In this document: piece by piece, positions 14,858 to 23,721 of the stretch
Layout: every line of letters begins with the position of its first letter
How positions within the stretch are numbered: position 1 is the stretch's first letter
Origin: Candidatus Parcubacteria bacterium
GTDB taxonomy: Bacteria; Patescibacteriota; Minisyncoccia; 2-02-FULL-40-12; GWA2-44-9
Length of the DNA stretch: 36,928 nt
NCBI GenBank assembly: GCA_019662005.1
Contig: JAIFWG010000003.1
Span: 1-36,928, forward strand
Direction: 5' to 3'
Notes under the pieces: generated by a model
Told to the model about the DNA's origin: nothing
Databases searched by the model: none
The model's input: the letters and a program-made list of their open reading frames with translations, nothing else
Translations under genes and position numbers: made by a program

Positions 14858-15858
14858 TGGATACGCTGAGACAGTTTTTCTCTTTTATGAACGATGTGAG
14901 TTTTCCATACGTCGTTTTGCGTAATTGGGAAAGACTGCCTTATGACGTTACGCTTGGGGAACACAGCGATCTTGATCTATTGGTTTACGATTTTAATCAC
15001 TGGAAAGAAATATTCCCGCAGGCAAAACCAGAGTTTGCTTATCCGCGTGTTCGCATGAAAGTTCCGATTGATGATTCTTATGTCTATGTGGATGTGAGAC
15101 ATATTGGGGATGATTATTATCCGGCTGATTTTGAGAAGGCTATCCTCGAAAAAAGAGAATGGAGTCAGCGGGGATTTTATACTCCAGACCCTCTTCATCA
15201 CAGGATTGCTCTTGCTTATCACATTGTTCATCACAAGGCGATGATCTCAGATAATTACAGAAAATATATCGGAGATGCGAAGATTCCTGAATTGCTTGAG
15301 GCTCTGAGAAATTCTAATGTTGGGTGGATTGAACCCAAAGACAAATCCGTTGGGGCCTTTAATGGATATTGGAAAGGGGCAACATCAATCGTCAGTAGAG
15401 AGAACGGAAAAATTCTAAAAAGACAAGTTAGTTATCTGGATTATTCGCTTGTCCGCAACGAGTATGAAATCCTTTCAAGGTCAAGTTCTATCCATTTCCC
15501 GGAAGTCTATTCTTGTGATGTCGAAAAGAGAGAAATCGAGATTCAGGATTGTGGAGAACCTTTGCTCAATAACCTTCCCGATAACTGGCTTCAGCAGCTA
15601 CGGAATATTTTAAATGATTTAGATACTTTTGGAATTATTCACAGAGACATAAAGCTTGATAATTTAATGGTGAAATACGATGTGATTAAGCTGATTGATT
15701 TCGGATGGGCCAAGTTCAAATCTGAGGAGGACGAGAAACCGCCGCCGTCCTGTCTTGGATTTCCAAACAAACCGTCGTGGGGTTTCGACGACAATTATTC
15801 TATGAACCGAGTTATTAAACAAATCGAGTTTGAATTGGAAGAGAAGGTTTTTGCATGA
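14857..15858 (+). CDS. nucleotidyltransferase-like N-domain fused to a Hanks-type (eukaryotic-like) protein-kinase-fold domain
   Basis: The N-part HSDLDLLVYD is NTase-like. The C-part has HRDIKLDN (15640-15663) and DFG (15697-15705), plus GKILKRQ and NEYEIL upstream. TAATG overlap at the start. Confidence 0.65.
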   Translation: MDTLRQFFSFMNDVSFPYVVLRNWERLPYDVTLGEHSDLDLLVYDFNHWKEIFPQAKPEFAYPRVRMKVPIDDSYVYVDVRHIGDDYYPADFEKAILEKREWSQRGFYTPDPLHHRIALAYHIVHHKAMISDNYRKYIGDAKIPELLEALRNSNVGWIEPKDKSVGAFNGYWKGATSIVSRENGKILKRQVSYLDYSLVRNEYEILSRSSSIHFPEVYSCDVEKREIEIQDCGEPLLNNLPDNWLQQLRNILNDLDTFGIIHRDIKLDNLMVKYDVIKLIDFGWAKFKSEEDEKPPPSCLGFPNKPSWGFDDNYSMNRVIKQIEFELEEKVFA

Positions 15859-16994
15859 AGATTCTTGGCATAGAACGCGATGATTCAGCTTGCAACTTTT
15901 ATAGAATTCTCATGCCTCTTGATAATGTCCTGAAACAGAATCTGGCTGATGTTGCAATCATTCACCAGAGAGATGTCGCCATGGATCGATCCATCAAACT
16001 TGCTCTTGAAGCTGATGTCATTGTGTTCCAACGGCCCGCAAACGAAGAATGGCTTCAGTTTATTAAGACTTGCCGGAAGTACGGAAAACACATTGTGGCC
16101 GATTATGATGACGATCCTTTCAATACTTCACCACTTAATCCCTTTTATCAATATATCGGGACAGAACCCGTGGAATATACATGGGCGGATGGAACGAAAG
16201 AAATGCTTTGGTCAGAAGATATGGTCAGTGGAGACGGTAATAAAATATTCAACATTGAGCGAAACATTGCTTTTCGGGATATGTTTAGATTGAATTTCAA
16301 GAAGGCTGATATGGTGACTTGTACGACTTCAATCTTACAAAACGAATTCTTGAAAATCACTCCAAACGTTTCAGTGCTTCCGAACGTTATTGATCCGACT
16401 TTTTGGCCTACGCTTCCGGAGTTTCCAAAAAGAGAAGTTAGGATTGGTTGGCAAGGTGGTTGGTCGCATTACGAAGATTTATATGAAATTGTTCCAGTGA
16501 TTAAAAATGTCCTTGAAAAACATGACAACGTGAAATTCGTTTATTTTGGAGATCAAAGATTCCGACATCTTTTCAAAGGCTGCGATCAAAACAAGATTGA
16601 ATGGCAGGACTGGGTGCATCATGAAACGTACCCTTACAAGATGACGCTTCTTAATCTTGATATTGGCATTTGTCCTCTTGCCAATAATTCTTTCAATTGG
16701 ACGAAATCCGCAATCAAGTGGATGGAATATTCGATGCTTGGATGCGCGACCGTAGCGGCGAATATTGAACCGTACGCCCCTGCGATTAAGAGCGGAGAAA
16801 CCGGATTTCTTGTTTCTGACAATTCTGAATGGGAAATGGCTCTTGACGCACTCATTGAAAATGGATGGCAACGCCGCCTCATGGCAAAACGGGCTTTCGC
16901 AGATGTCATGGAAAATCACAACATTCAGACAAAAGCAAAGTTATGGGTCGAAGCTTACGACGCAATGCTTCGCCCTAAAGAGGTAACTGTATGA
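15855..16994 (+). CDS. GT-B fold glycosyltransferase (GT1/GT4-like)
   Basis: The C-terminal MEYSMLGCATVAANIEPYAPAIKSGETGFLV resembles the E..g....EAma.G.PVva......e.i..g..G.lv donor-binding motif. ATGA-coupled at both ends. Confidence 0.6.
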   Translation: MKILGIERDDSACNFYRILMPLDNVLKQNLADVAIIHQRDVAMDRSIKLALEADVIVFQRPANEEWLQFIKTCRKYGKHIVADYDDDPFNTSPLNPFYQYIGTEPVEYTWADGTKEMLWSEDMVSGDGNKIFNIERNIAFRDMFRLNFKKADMVTCTTSILQNEFLKITPNVSVLPNVIDPTFWPTLPEFPKREVRIGWQGGWSHYEDLYEIVPVIKNVLEKHDNVKFVYFGDQRFRHLFKGCDQNKIEWQDWVHHETYPYKMTLLNLDIGICPLANNSFNWTKSAIKWMEYSMLGCATVAANIEPYAPAIKSGETGFLVSDNSEWEMALDALIENGWQRRLMAKRAFADVMENHNIQTKAKLWVEAYDAMLRPKEVTV

Positions 16995-17668
16995 GTATGA
17001 CCTTCGCGGATCAACAGACGCTTTTAAGTGTTCTTTTGGGAGATAGTAATACTAGTACGGATGACGCTTTTTCTTTAACCACAAGGAAATTATTCCTTAA
17101 CCGTGGAGAGCTTCATTTTTGCAAGGATTCGAAATGCGTTCGTGAAAAAGCCGCAGGAACCATTTCTGGGACTCAACTTGTATTCCCATCAGGGATTCTT
17201 CGGCCCGTGGCTCTTATTGTTAATGGCAAAGATATCTGGAATGACAGGCAGACATCCATTACTGAATATGAGCGGTGGAATACATCTGGAAGCGCATATC
17301 CTGCTGTATATATTACGGAGGAATCTGGTTCCAGATATTTTAATTTTTGGGGTTCTTCTAACGGTAAGGCTTATATCCTTCATTATATAAGGAAGCCCAC
17401 AGTGGCTCTTTCTTCTGATAGTGACGAATCCATCCTCCAGGATGAATTCAGGGAAGCTTCTGTTTATTGGGCAGCTGCAGAACTTCTTCAGCAAGTTGGT
17501 AAAAATACAATCGCTGACAAGTACGCTGCAAAATACAACAAATTTGTTCGAGATGGCGAAGCTTATGGTGAAGAAATCTATCTCAATTTAATGTTTGCAA
17601 AGCCAGACACAAACCTTATCGATGCTGGAGATGCGGATGTTGTAGGGCAGGGATTTGATTTTGCTTGA
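16991..17668 (+). CDS. virion structural protein (adaptor / tail-tubular-A-like position)
   Basis: A 225-aa ORF that precedes a 528-aa structural ORF and the fibres. The call rests on synteny only. Confidence 0.4.
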   Translation: MSMTFADQQTLLSVLLGDSNTSTDDAFSLTTRKLFLNRGELHFCKDSKCVREKAAGTISGTQLVFPSGILRPVALIVNGKDIWNDRQTSITEYERWNTSGSAYPAVYITEESGSRYFNFWGSSNGKAYILHYIRKPTVALSSDSDESILQDEFREASVYWAAAELLQQVGKNTIADKYAAKYNKFVRDGEAYGEEIYLNLMFAKPDTNLIDAGDADVVGQGFDFA

Positions 17669-17685
17669 AAAAAGGGAATAAGTGA

Positions 17686-19272
17686 ATGGGCATTGAGCAG
17701 ACGAATAAACCTCTTTTAGATAGATACGATGGGCTAGAGATAGTCCTAGAACTTCTGTCATTCTCTGGAGGAGAAAATACAATTTCCGAAGATCAGGCCA
17801 CAAAAGCCAACGAAGCTCGCATCCTTGAGAATTGGGATGCGACAAGTCTTGGCGGAATGGAGAGAACCAGAGGTTTTAATGAAGTCGCTGACGGAAGTTC
17901 CAGTTACACAAATGCTGCTGATTTCATAAAACAACATGAGGATTCTGGGGGAACCCAAGTCTATGCAATCTATGAAGGCGATTTAATTTATAAAAGCGGA
18001 TCAGCTTTTACCAATGATGATAATAATGCTTTTACTTCCGGAATTCTTTCTCATGGATTTTCAGATGAGCTTGGATTTTTATGGATTACGAATTCCACGG
18101 ACAACCTGAAAAAGAAAGCAGTTGGAGTTTCCATTGCAACCCCCAGTAGTGTTCCCCCTGATGCCTGTGATCGTGTTTATAGGCATAAAAACAGAATGGT
18201 CGCAGAAGGTTCCTTGAATTATCCATACCGTGTTTATGGATCGAGGGCTGGCACCGGGAACTGGACAGCAGCAGATGCATGGAGTCTTTCAAATGATGCG
18301 TACAGCATTGATCTTCCAGATCATACGCAGGGATGTATGCCTGATTTTCCTTCTGGTAATGAGATTCTAGTTTTTACAAAAAGAAATGCTTACGCCCTTT
18401 CTAATTTCCCGAACACAGCTTTTAGGCCTATTTCAACTCCCGGACGCGGGTGCTCGGCTCCCTATTCAATCGCTCTTGGCGATGAAGGCGTCTATTTCCT
18501 CTCTCAATATCCGACTCTTGGAATATTCGTCTATGACGGCGTGAATTTTAATGAGATTACGCAATTTAATAGTGATGTCTTTGTGGAATTGATTGATTTT
18601 ACAAAACGAATTTATGGAATCTATCGTGACCGGAAATACTATCTCATTTATAACGAGCTTGGCAGCGGAGCCTCTTACCCTAACTGCATGAGAATTTTTG
18701 ATGCCAAATTCTCTCGCTGGATGAATAGGCCTGTCAACCCTGATCTTTCGGATAATTTTGGATATCCGGCCCTTCTTAAATATTCGGCCAATGAACTCTA
18801 TATAACTTCTAGCCAGAAAGACAAGATTTACGAGTTTGAAACGGAAGATGACTCAGATGAAAACAATGACACGCAAGCCACTTACAAGACCAAAGACTTT
18901 TCAAGTCGAGATTTTGCTTTTGCTGGAGGCGGTCAGTTCGCAGTTGATGATGTCAAGATACAGCTTACAAAAATAACAGTTACTTATTATGGAACCGTTG
19001 GAAATATCACAATCCAATGGACAGCAGACCGGGGCCTTAATAGCGGATCAAAGACTTTAACTCTTACGGCGAGTGGGGATTTATTGAATTCAACCTTTAT
19101 AGTCAATTCATCTTTGTTAGCGTCTCTTCCGCCAGACAAATCAGTTACAACTTCATTTCCTTCAAGCGCTGTTGGAAGACGTTTTAATTTCCAGATCACA
19201 AATGAAGGTTCTGGAATTCGACCTAAAATTAAAAAGATAAAAATTCACGCTTTGGCTGTGGACGAGGCTTAG
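17686..19272 (+). CDS. virion structural protein (nozzle / tail-tubular-B-like position)
   Basis: A 528-aa ORF with beta-rich composition. The call rests on synteny only. Confidence 0.4.
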   Translation: MGIEQTNKPLLDRYDGLEIVLELLSFSGGENTISEDQATKANEARILENWDATSLGGMERTRGFNEVADGSSSYTNAADFIKQHEDSGGTQVYAIYEGDLIYKSGSAFTNDDNNAFTSGILSHGFSDELGFLWITNSTDNLKKKAVGVSIATPSSVPPDACDRVYRHKNRMVAEGSLNYPYRVYGSRAGTGNWTAADAWSLSNDAYSIDLPDHTQGCMPDFPSGNEILVFTKRNAYALSNFPNTAFRPISTPGRGCSAPYSIALGDEGVYFLSQYPTLGIFVYDGVNFNEITQFNSDVFVELIDFTKRIYGIYRDRKYYLIYNELGSGASYPNCMRIFDAKFSRWMNRPVNPDLSDNFGYPALLKYSANELYITSSQKDKIYEFETEDDSDENNDTQATYKTKDFSSRDFAFAGGGQFAVDDVKIQLTKITVTYYGTVGNITIQWTADRGLNSGSKTLTLTASGDLLNSTFIVNSSLLASLPPDKSVTTSFPSSAVGRRFNFQITNEGSGIRPKIKKIKIHALAVDEA

Positions 19273-19280
19273 GAGAAAAA

Positions 19281-19991
19281 ATGGCATATGACTCGGATTT
19301 GGTAAGAACAAAAAACTGGGGAACTGAAATTTTAACGGACTCTGACCTAGAGGGGCAGTTCGATCTCATTATCAACTGGGTTATGGCTGCTCTTAACGCA
19401 ACGACCGGGCATGCGCATGACGGTTCAAGCAATCATGGCCCGAAATTGTCATCCTCTGCGGTAACGACGACTTTTGGGAATGGGTTTACAACGGTAAGTG
19501 CAGCGACAGGGGATTATGTGGTAATTGCCTCTGATGTTTCAGATTCAAATAAAACAAAGAAAGCCTTAGTTTCAGACATTGTAACTCTTGCGGCAATTAC
19601 TCCGGCCTCTCAATCTGAAATGGAAGCTGCCACAAATAACACAAAAAGCGTGACCCCCGTTGGCGTGAAATGGAACCCTGGAGTTGCAAAAGCGTGGGGA
19701 GTCTTCAATGGCTCTGGAACTCCAGCTTTTACCACATCCTACAACATGGACGCCACGATTACGGATAACGGAACGGGTGACTACACCGTGACCATGACAA
19801 CGGATTTTTCAAGTGCGGATTACGCATTCGTTGGAGGATGTCTTTCGGCTCAAGCTGGAAACACCACAACGATTGCAATTAAGAACGGGACTTCGCCTGC
19901 TGCTGGAAGCGTTAATTTTACAACAACTAACGAAGCCGGATCTGCGGTTGATTGCACAAGAGCGAGCTTTGCACTTTTTGGAGATCAATAG
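19281..19991 (+). CDS. tail fibre protein
   Basis: AGGAG RBS. The N-terminus (DSDLVRTKNWGTEILTDSDLEGQFDLIINWV...TGHAHDGSSNHGPKL) is a recurrent phage tail-fibre N-terminal signature. Confidence 0.6.
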   Translation: MAYDSDLVRTKNWGTEILTDSDLEGQFDLIINWVMAALNATTGHAHDGSSNHGPKLSSSAVTTTFGNGFTTVSAATGDYVVIASDVSDSNKTKKALVSDIVTLAAITPASQSEMEAATNNTKSVTPVGVKWNPGVAKAWGVFNGSGTPAFTTSYNMDATITDNGTGDYTVTMTTDFSSADYAFVGGCLSAQAGNTTTIAIKNGTSPAAGSVNFTTTNEAGSAVDCTRASFALFGDQ

Positions 19992-19992
19992 T

Positions 19993-20358
19993 ATGCCACA
20001 TTTAGATAGGGTGATTGTTTGGAATAGACCGGACGGTGGAGTGAGTGTAACGCATCTTCATTCAGATGACATGCTTCCTGGTGAGAGCGAGGATGATTTC
20101 ATTGCGAGGTTTACTTTAAAGATTAAGAGTAAAAATCCTGAGCTTGGTAAATCCGTAGAGCTTGTGAAACAGAAGATCGATCTTCCTGATTCTTCTAAGC
20201 AGGATGAGTGGTCTGTAAATGGGGATAAGGTTGAAGTTGATCCGGCAAAGACGCAGACCAAAATTGATAAGGAAGCGGAGAAGGCAGCGATCTTTCAGAA
20301 GCTCGGTGTGAGTAAAGAAGAGTTCCAGGCTGTTGCTTTGGTGAAATCCGGTGGCTGA
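19993..20358 (+). CDS. hypothetical protein (121 aa)
   Basis: Track ORF 19813..20358 trimmed to ATG 19993 (MPHLDRV), which lies just after the upstream stop. Confidence 0.5.
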   Translation: MPHLDRVIVWNRPDGGVSVTHLHSDDMLPGESEDDFIARFTLKIKSKNPELGKSVELVKQKIDLPDSSKQDEWSVNGDKVEVDPAKTQTKIDKEAEKAAIFQKLGVSKEEFQAVALVKSGG

Positions 20359-21766
20359 TGGTTTTTCAGAACTCTCCAGCGATAAACTACAAACAGTTCA
20401 GGGCATTTCTGAACTTAATCGAATGCTTCAATTTTTGTATGAGAATGTCGCTGGGGACGGAGTTAAACAAAGGGTTTATTCAGGGATAGGAAGTCCGGAA
20501 GGCTCTGTGGTCGCTGAGATTGGTTCATTCTACATGCGGCTTGATGGAGCGCCTGGCACCTGTGCTTATATCAAGGAATCGGGCGTTCAGACCGCAACAG
20601 GTTGGACGTCGATAGTCGTTGCCGGAGGAGGGTCTGGGGGTTCTGGTAATGCTCAATATGTGACACTTGCAACAGACGCGAGTTTAACCGCAGAGAGAGT
20701 TTTGACGGAGGGTGCCAATATTAGTCTTACCGATGCTGGCGCAAATTCAACCATTACTATAAAGGCAACTCCAGCGGGATCTGATACCCAGATTCAGTTT
20801 AATGATGACGGAACATTTGGTGGGGATTCTGATTTAACTTGGGATAAGACAGCTAATATTTTTAAAATTAATGGCGATATTAATTTTTCAGAAACGACGG
20901 ATGCAGATAAGACAATCAAAGTCTTGGATCAGGCTACTGCAAACACTAACGGTAATCGTTTATTCATTACCGGGTCCGACGGAAATGGTTCGGCTGATGG
21001 GGGAGATCTTATTGTATCTGGAGGCGATGGCGGCGTTCTTGGAGGCGATGGCGGCTACATTAGTTTTTCAGCTGGTAACGCTACCGGAGCGGGTCGTGGC
21101 GGAGAATTTATTGTCTATGCAGGGGGAGGCGGCGAAACGGGCGACGGTGGTACTGCCTATTTAGTGGGCGGTGATGGCGGGAGCACCAGCGGAGATGCAG
21201 GTGGGGTCGGATTAACGGCTGGAAATGTATTTGTAGATGCGGACGGGTATGGAGGAGATGTCTTTCTTACCGCTGGCGCAGGTGCCACGAGCGGAAATTA
21301 TAATGGCAGCATTTATATCCAAATGGGGCAAGGTTCTGCATTGCCAGGCGTCAACACCGGAACGGTTTATATCTTTGGTAAGGATGTGATCGATGTAACG
21401 GCAGAGCAAAATTTTGTTAATTTTGGCCCATTTGAAATGGGCGTTGCATCCGGGACCACGATTACGAATCAACGTTCTTATCAATTCCTAGCGACTACTA
21501 TTAACGGTGTTGCCGGTGGCGGTGCGGAAACAGTCACTAACGCAGCAACGGTTTATATCGATGCGGCTCCTTCAGGTTCCGACATAACAATCACAAATGC
21601 TTATTCTCTTTGGGTAGATGCTGGCCTTGCTCGTTTTGACGGAAACGGAACGAACGTTTTTGAGCTTCCAGCAAATGCTACTGATCCTACAGGCGGTGGC
21701 GGTGCGGCGGTTGGAAGAATCCCAATCCGAGTTGGAGGAGCTACGAAATATTTAGCTTATTATTAA
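20351..21766 (+). CDS. tail fibre/spike protein with Gly-rich repeat core
   Basis: YVTLATDASLTAERVLTEGANISLTDAGANSTITI and the C-terminal GRIPIRVGGATKYLAYY are recurrent fibre motifs. GGDGG-type repeats fill the middle. Confidence 0.6.
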   Translation: MADGFSELSSDKLQTVQGISELNRMLQFLYENVAGDGVKQRVYSGIGSPEGSVVAEIGSFYMRLDGAPGTCAYIKESGVQTATGWTSIVVAGGGSGGSGNAQYVTLATDASLTAERVLTEGANISLTDAGANSTITIKATPAGSDTQIQFNDDGTFGGDSDLTWDKTANIFKINGDINFSETTDADKTIKVLDQATANTNGNRLFITGSDGNGSADGGDLIVSGGDGGVLGGDGGYISFSAGNATGAGRGGEFIVYAGGGGETGDGGTAYLVGGDGGSTSGDAGGVGLTAGNVFVDADGYGGDVFLTAGAGATSGNYNGSIYIQMGQGSALPGVNTGTVYIFGKDVIDVTAEQNFVNFGPFEMGVASGTTITNQRSYQFLATTINGVAGGGAETVTNAATVYIDAAPSGSDITITNAYSLWVDAGLARFDGNGTNVFELPANATDPTGGGGAAVGRIPIRVGGATKYLAYY

Positions 21767-21900
21767 TGGATATTACAGACAAAGAAAAAAATATTTTACT
21801 TCAAATGATAAATTCAATTAATTTTCCAGGAAAATTAATTGAAGATATTTATGCACTTAAAAAAAAGATAGAAGCTGAGAATGACCCTCAAAAAGCATGA
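21766..21900 (+). CDS. possible 44-aa protein
   Basis: TAATG overlap with the fibre stop. Translation is MDITDKEKNILLQMINSINFPGKLIEDIYALKKKIEAENDPQKA. AT-rich, and it overlaps the next ORF by 20 nt. Confidence 0.3.
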   Translation: MDITDKEKNILLQMINSINFPGKLIEDIYALKKKIEAENDPQKA

Positions 21901-22297
21901 GCTTCTTCAGAAATGTTTAAAATTAATTTTAAATAGCAAGATTTGCCCGCTTACTTCGAAGGGAGATTGGCCCAGAATTCTTTTATTTGCTCATCTTAGG
22001 GGATATCTTTATACCAACAAAGATGCGTCTGTTTTTGTGATGGCTTACAGAATTCCCAGATGGGAAAAAAAGTGGTCAGATGTGATGCCTGAACAAGAAT
22101 CTGGTGAAACGCTCTATGTGGCTTTTGCAGTCAGTGAAGGGAAAAGAAAAATTTCTCTTCTTAAAATATTACGTCAATATCTTAAAAAAAATGAAATTGA
22201 AGAAATCATCTATTACAAAAGGAATTCTGATACTGATTTTAAAAGAATTGATTTAAGGAGAAACCATGTCAAAACAAACAGCGCCCAGTCTTCCTGA
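21881..22297 (+). CDS. hypothetical protein (AT-rich insert)
   Basis: Track ORF that is visibly more AT-rich than its flanks. Confidence 0.45.
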   Translation: MTLKKHELLQKCLKLILNSKICPLTSKGDWPRILLFAHLRGYLYTNKDASVFVMAYRIPRWEKKWSDVMPEQESGETLYVAFAVSEGKRKISLLKILRQYLKKNEIEEIIYYKRNSDTDFKRIDLRRNHVKTNSAQSS

Positions 22298-23108
22298 AAC
22301 ACCAAGTTTTCAGTCTGATCCAAATGTTGGATGGTCACAGGATGTTTTAAAAGATCAGAGCAATTACTTGATTAATGGACTTACATCCGACCAAGGATTA
22401 TCCGGACAACTCGGAGAAGCAACTTCAACGAATCCGATGATTACGCAGTTGACCTTACAGGCTTTGCAAAGTCAGCTTGCGCCAAGTTATAGAACAGGGC
22501 TTCAGAATATCACAAATACTTTGGAGGCGAATAATCAGTTGACAGGCTCTACAACAGCCTCGGCCTTGGGGAATTACGAAGGTGATTATCTTGCGCAGCT
22601 TACAGCGGCAGGAGCGAATGCTGGAATCGCGGATATTAATCGCGCTCTTCAGAACCGCGTTTCTCTTTATGGGGTGGGGCTTAATGCTGCGCAAGGCGTT
22701 GGCCAGACAGGTCTTAATAATCAAAGTCAGACGAATCAATTCGCGCTACAAAATTACGAAAACCAAGTTTCGGCTGCACTGATAAATCAACCCCAGCAAA
22801 GAGGAGGATTTATGGGGGCTTTAACTGGGGCTTTAGGTGGTGGGATTGGCGGTTTTGCGCTGGGCGGTCCCTACGGAGCTGCTGTTGGTGCGGGACTTGG
22901 AGGATTATCAGGAGGATTTGGGCAGTCGGGATCAGGGGGGCAGTTCCTCGGAGCCGGAGCATCTCTTTTTGGAAACAGGAATAGTGGGATTCCTGGAATT
23001 ACGAGCGGCGGAGGCGAGCAAATTTACAATCCGATTTATCAGCCTCTTAATTCATCGTCTAATCTTCTTGGCAATCTCAGCAATTATTATCCGTATGGAT
23101 TAAATTAG
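22266..23108 (+). CDS. internal-virion-like protein, Gln/Asn-rich with Gly-rich C-terminus
   Basis: AAGGAG RBS. The GGFMGALTGALGGGIGGFALGGPYGAAVGAGLGGLSGGFG segment and the position after the fibres support the call. Confidence 0.5.
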   Translation: MSKQTAPSLPETPSFQSDPNVGWSQDVLKDQSNYLINGLTSDQGLSGQLGEATSTNPMITQLTLQALQSQLAPSYRTGLQNITNTLEANNQLTGSTTASALGNYEGDYLAQLTAAGANAGIADINRALQNRVSLYGVGLNAAQGVGQTGLNNQSQTNQFALQNYENQVSAALINQPQQRGGFMGALTGALGGGIGGFALGGPYGAAVGAGLGGLSGGFGQSGSGGQFLGAGASLFGNRNSGIPGITSGGGEQIYNPIYQPLNSSSNLLGNLSNYYPYGLN

Positions 23109-23125
23109 GAGAATCTATGGGAGTT

Positions 23126-23707
23126 TTAATGGTTCCAATTTCTTCGCATACGATTAAAACAAGGTTTGCAAGGCCCGCAATAGAAAGGGGTTTTTATGGA
23201 TTTTTTATATATAGATATTGGAAAAGATTTTTTACATTGAGAACAAATCTTTTCTCCTGTTTTTTTAATATAATCAGCCACTTCGGAATGATGGCTCAGA
23301 TGATACTTTCTGGTTGTCAATTCAAGATTCTCAACTCTGTTGTCATTTTTAATTCCATTTTTATGATGGATTATTTCTCTCGGAGAAAGCCTTCTCCCGA
23401 TGTGTTTCTCCATGACCAGCCTATGCTCTCTGACGTAACCAATGGCATTTCTATCGGGATGAAATGGAGTATAAATAAGAACGTACCCATGATTAGAGCT
23501 AATTCCTTTTCTTATTCCTCTGTTGACCTTAGACATTTTACTTTTAAAGTAAAATCCAGATTTTCTCATTTTAATTTTTTGTTTAGAGAGATGGTATTGA
23601 ATTGCATTATTCGAAACATTAAGAATTTTGGATATTTCTGTAATAGGTTTTCCGCTCTCATAAAGTCTTATGATCAATTTTTTATCAAGGTTTTTGTGTA
23701 TTGACAT
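23126..23707 (-). CDS. HNH homing endonuclease with N-terminal HTH
   Basis: [51 protein letters not shown] is a classic HNH motif. The N-terminal [24 protein letters not shown] is an HTH. It lies opposite to the surrounding operon and is AT-rich. Trimmed to ATG 23707. Confidence 0.8.
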   Translation of the reverse strand: MSIHKNLDKKLIIRLYESGKPITEISKILNVSNNAIQYHLSKQKIKMRKSGFYFKSKMSKVNRGIRKGISSNHGYVLIYTPFHPDRNAIGYVREHRLVMEKHIGRRLSPREIIHHKNGIKNDNRVENLELTTRKYHLSHHSEVADYIKKTGEKICSQCKKSFPISIYKKSIKTPFYCGPCKPCFNRMRRNWNH

Positions 23708-23721
23708 GGAGGAATTATAGT

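Noticed and set aside
23117-23704. Track ORF, 195 aa, plus strand
   Set aside because: It is the antisense shadow of the HNH endonuclease gene, which has unmistakable catalytic motifs on the minus strand.
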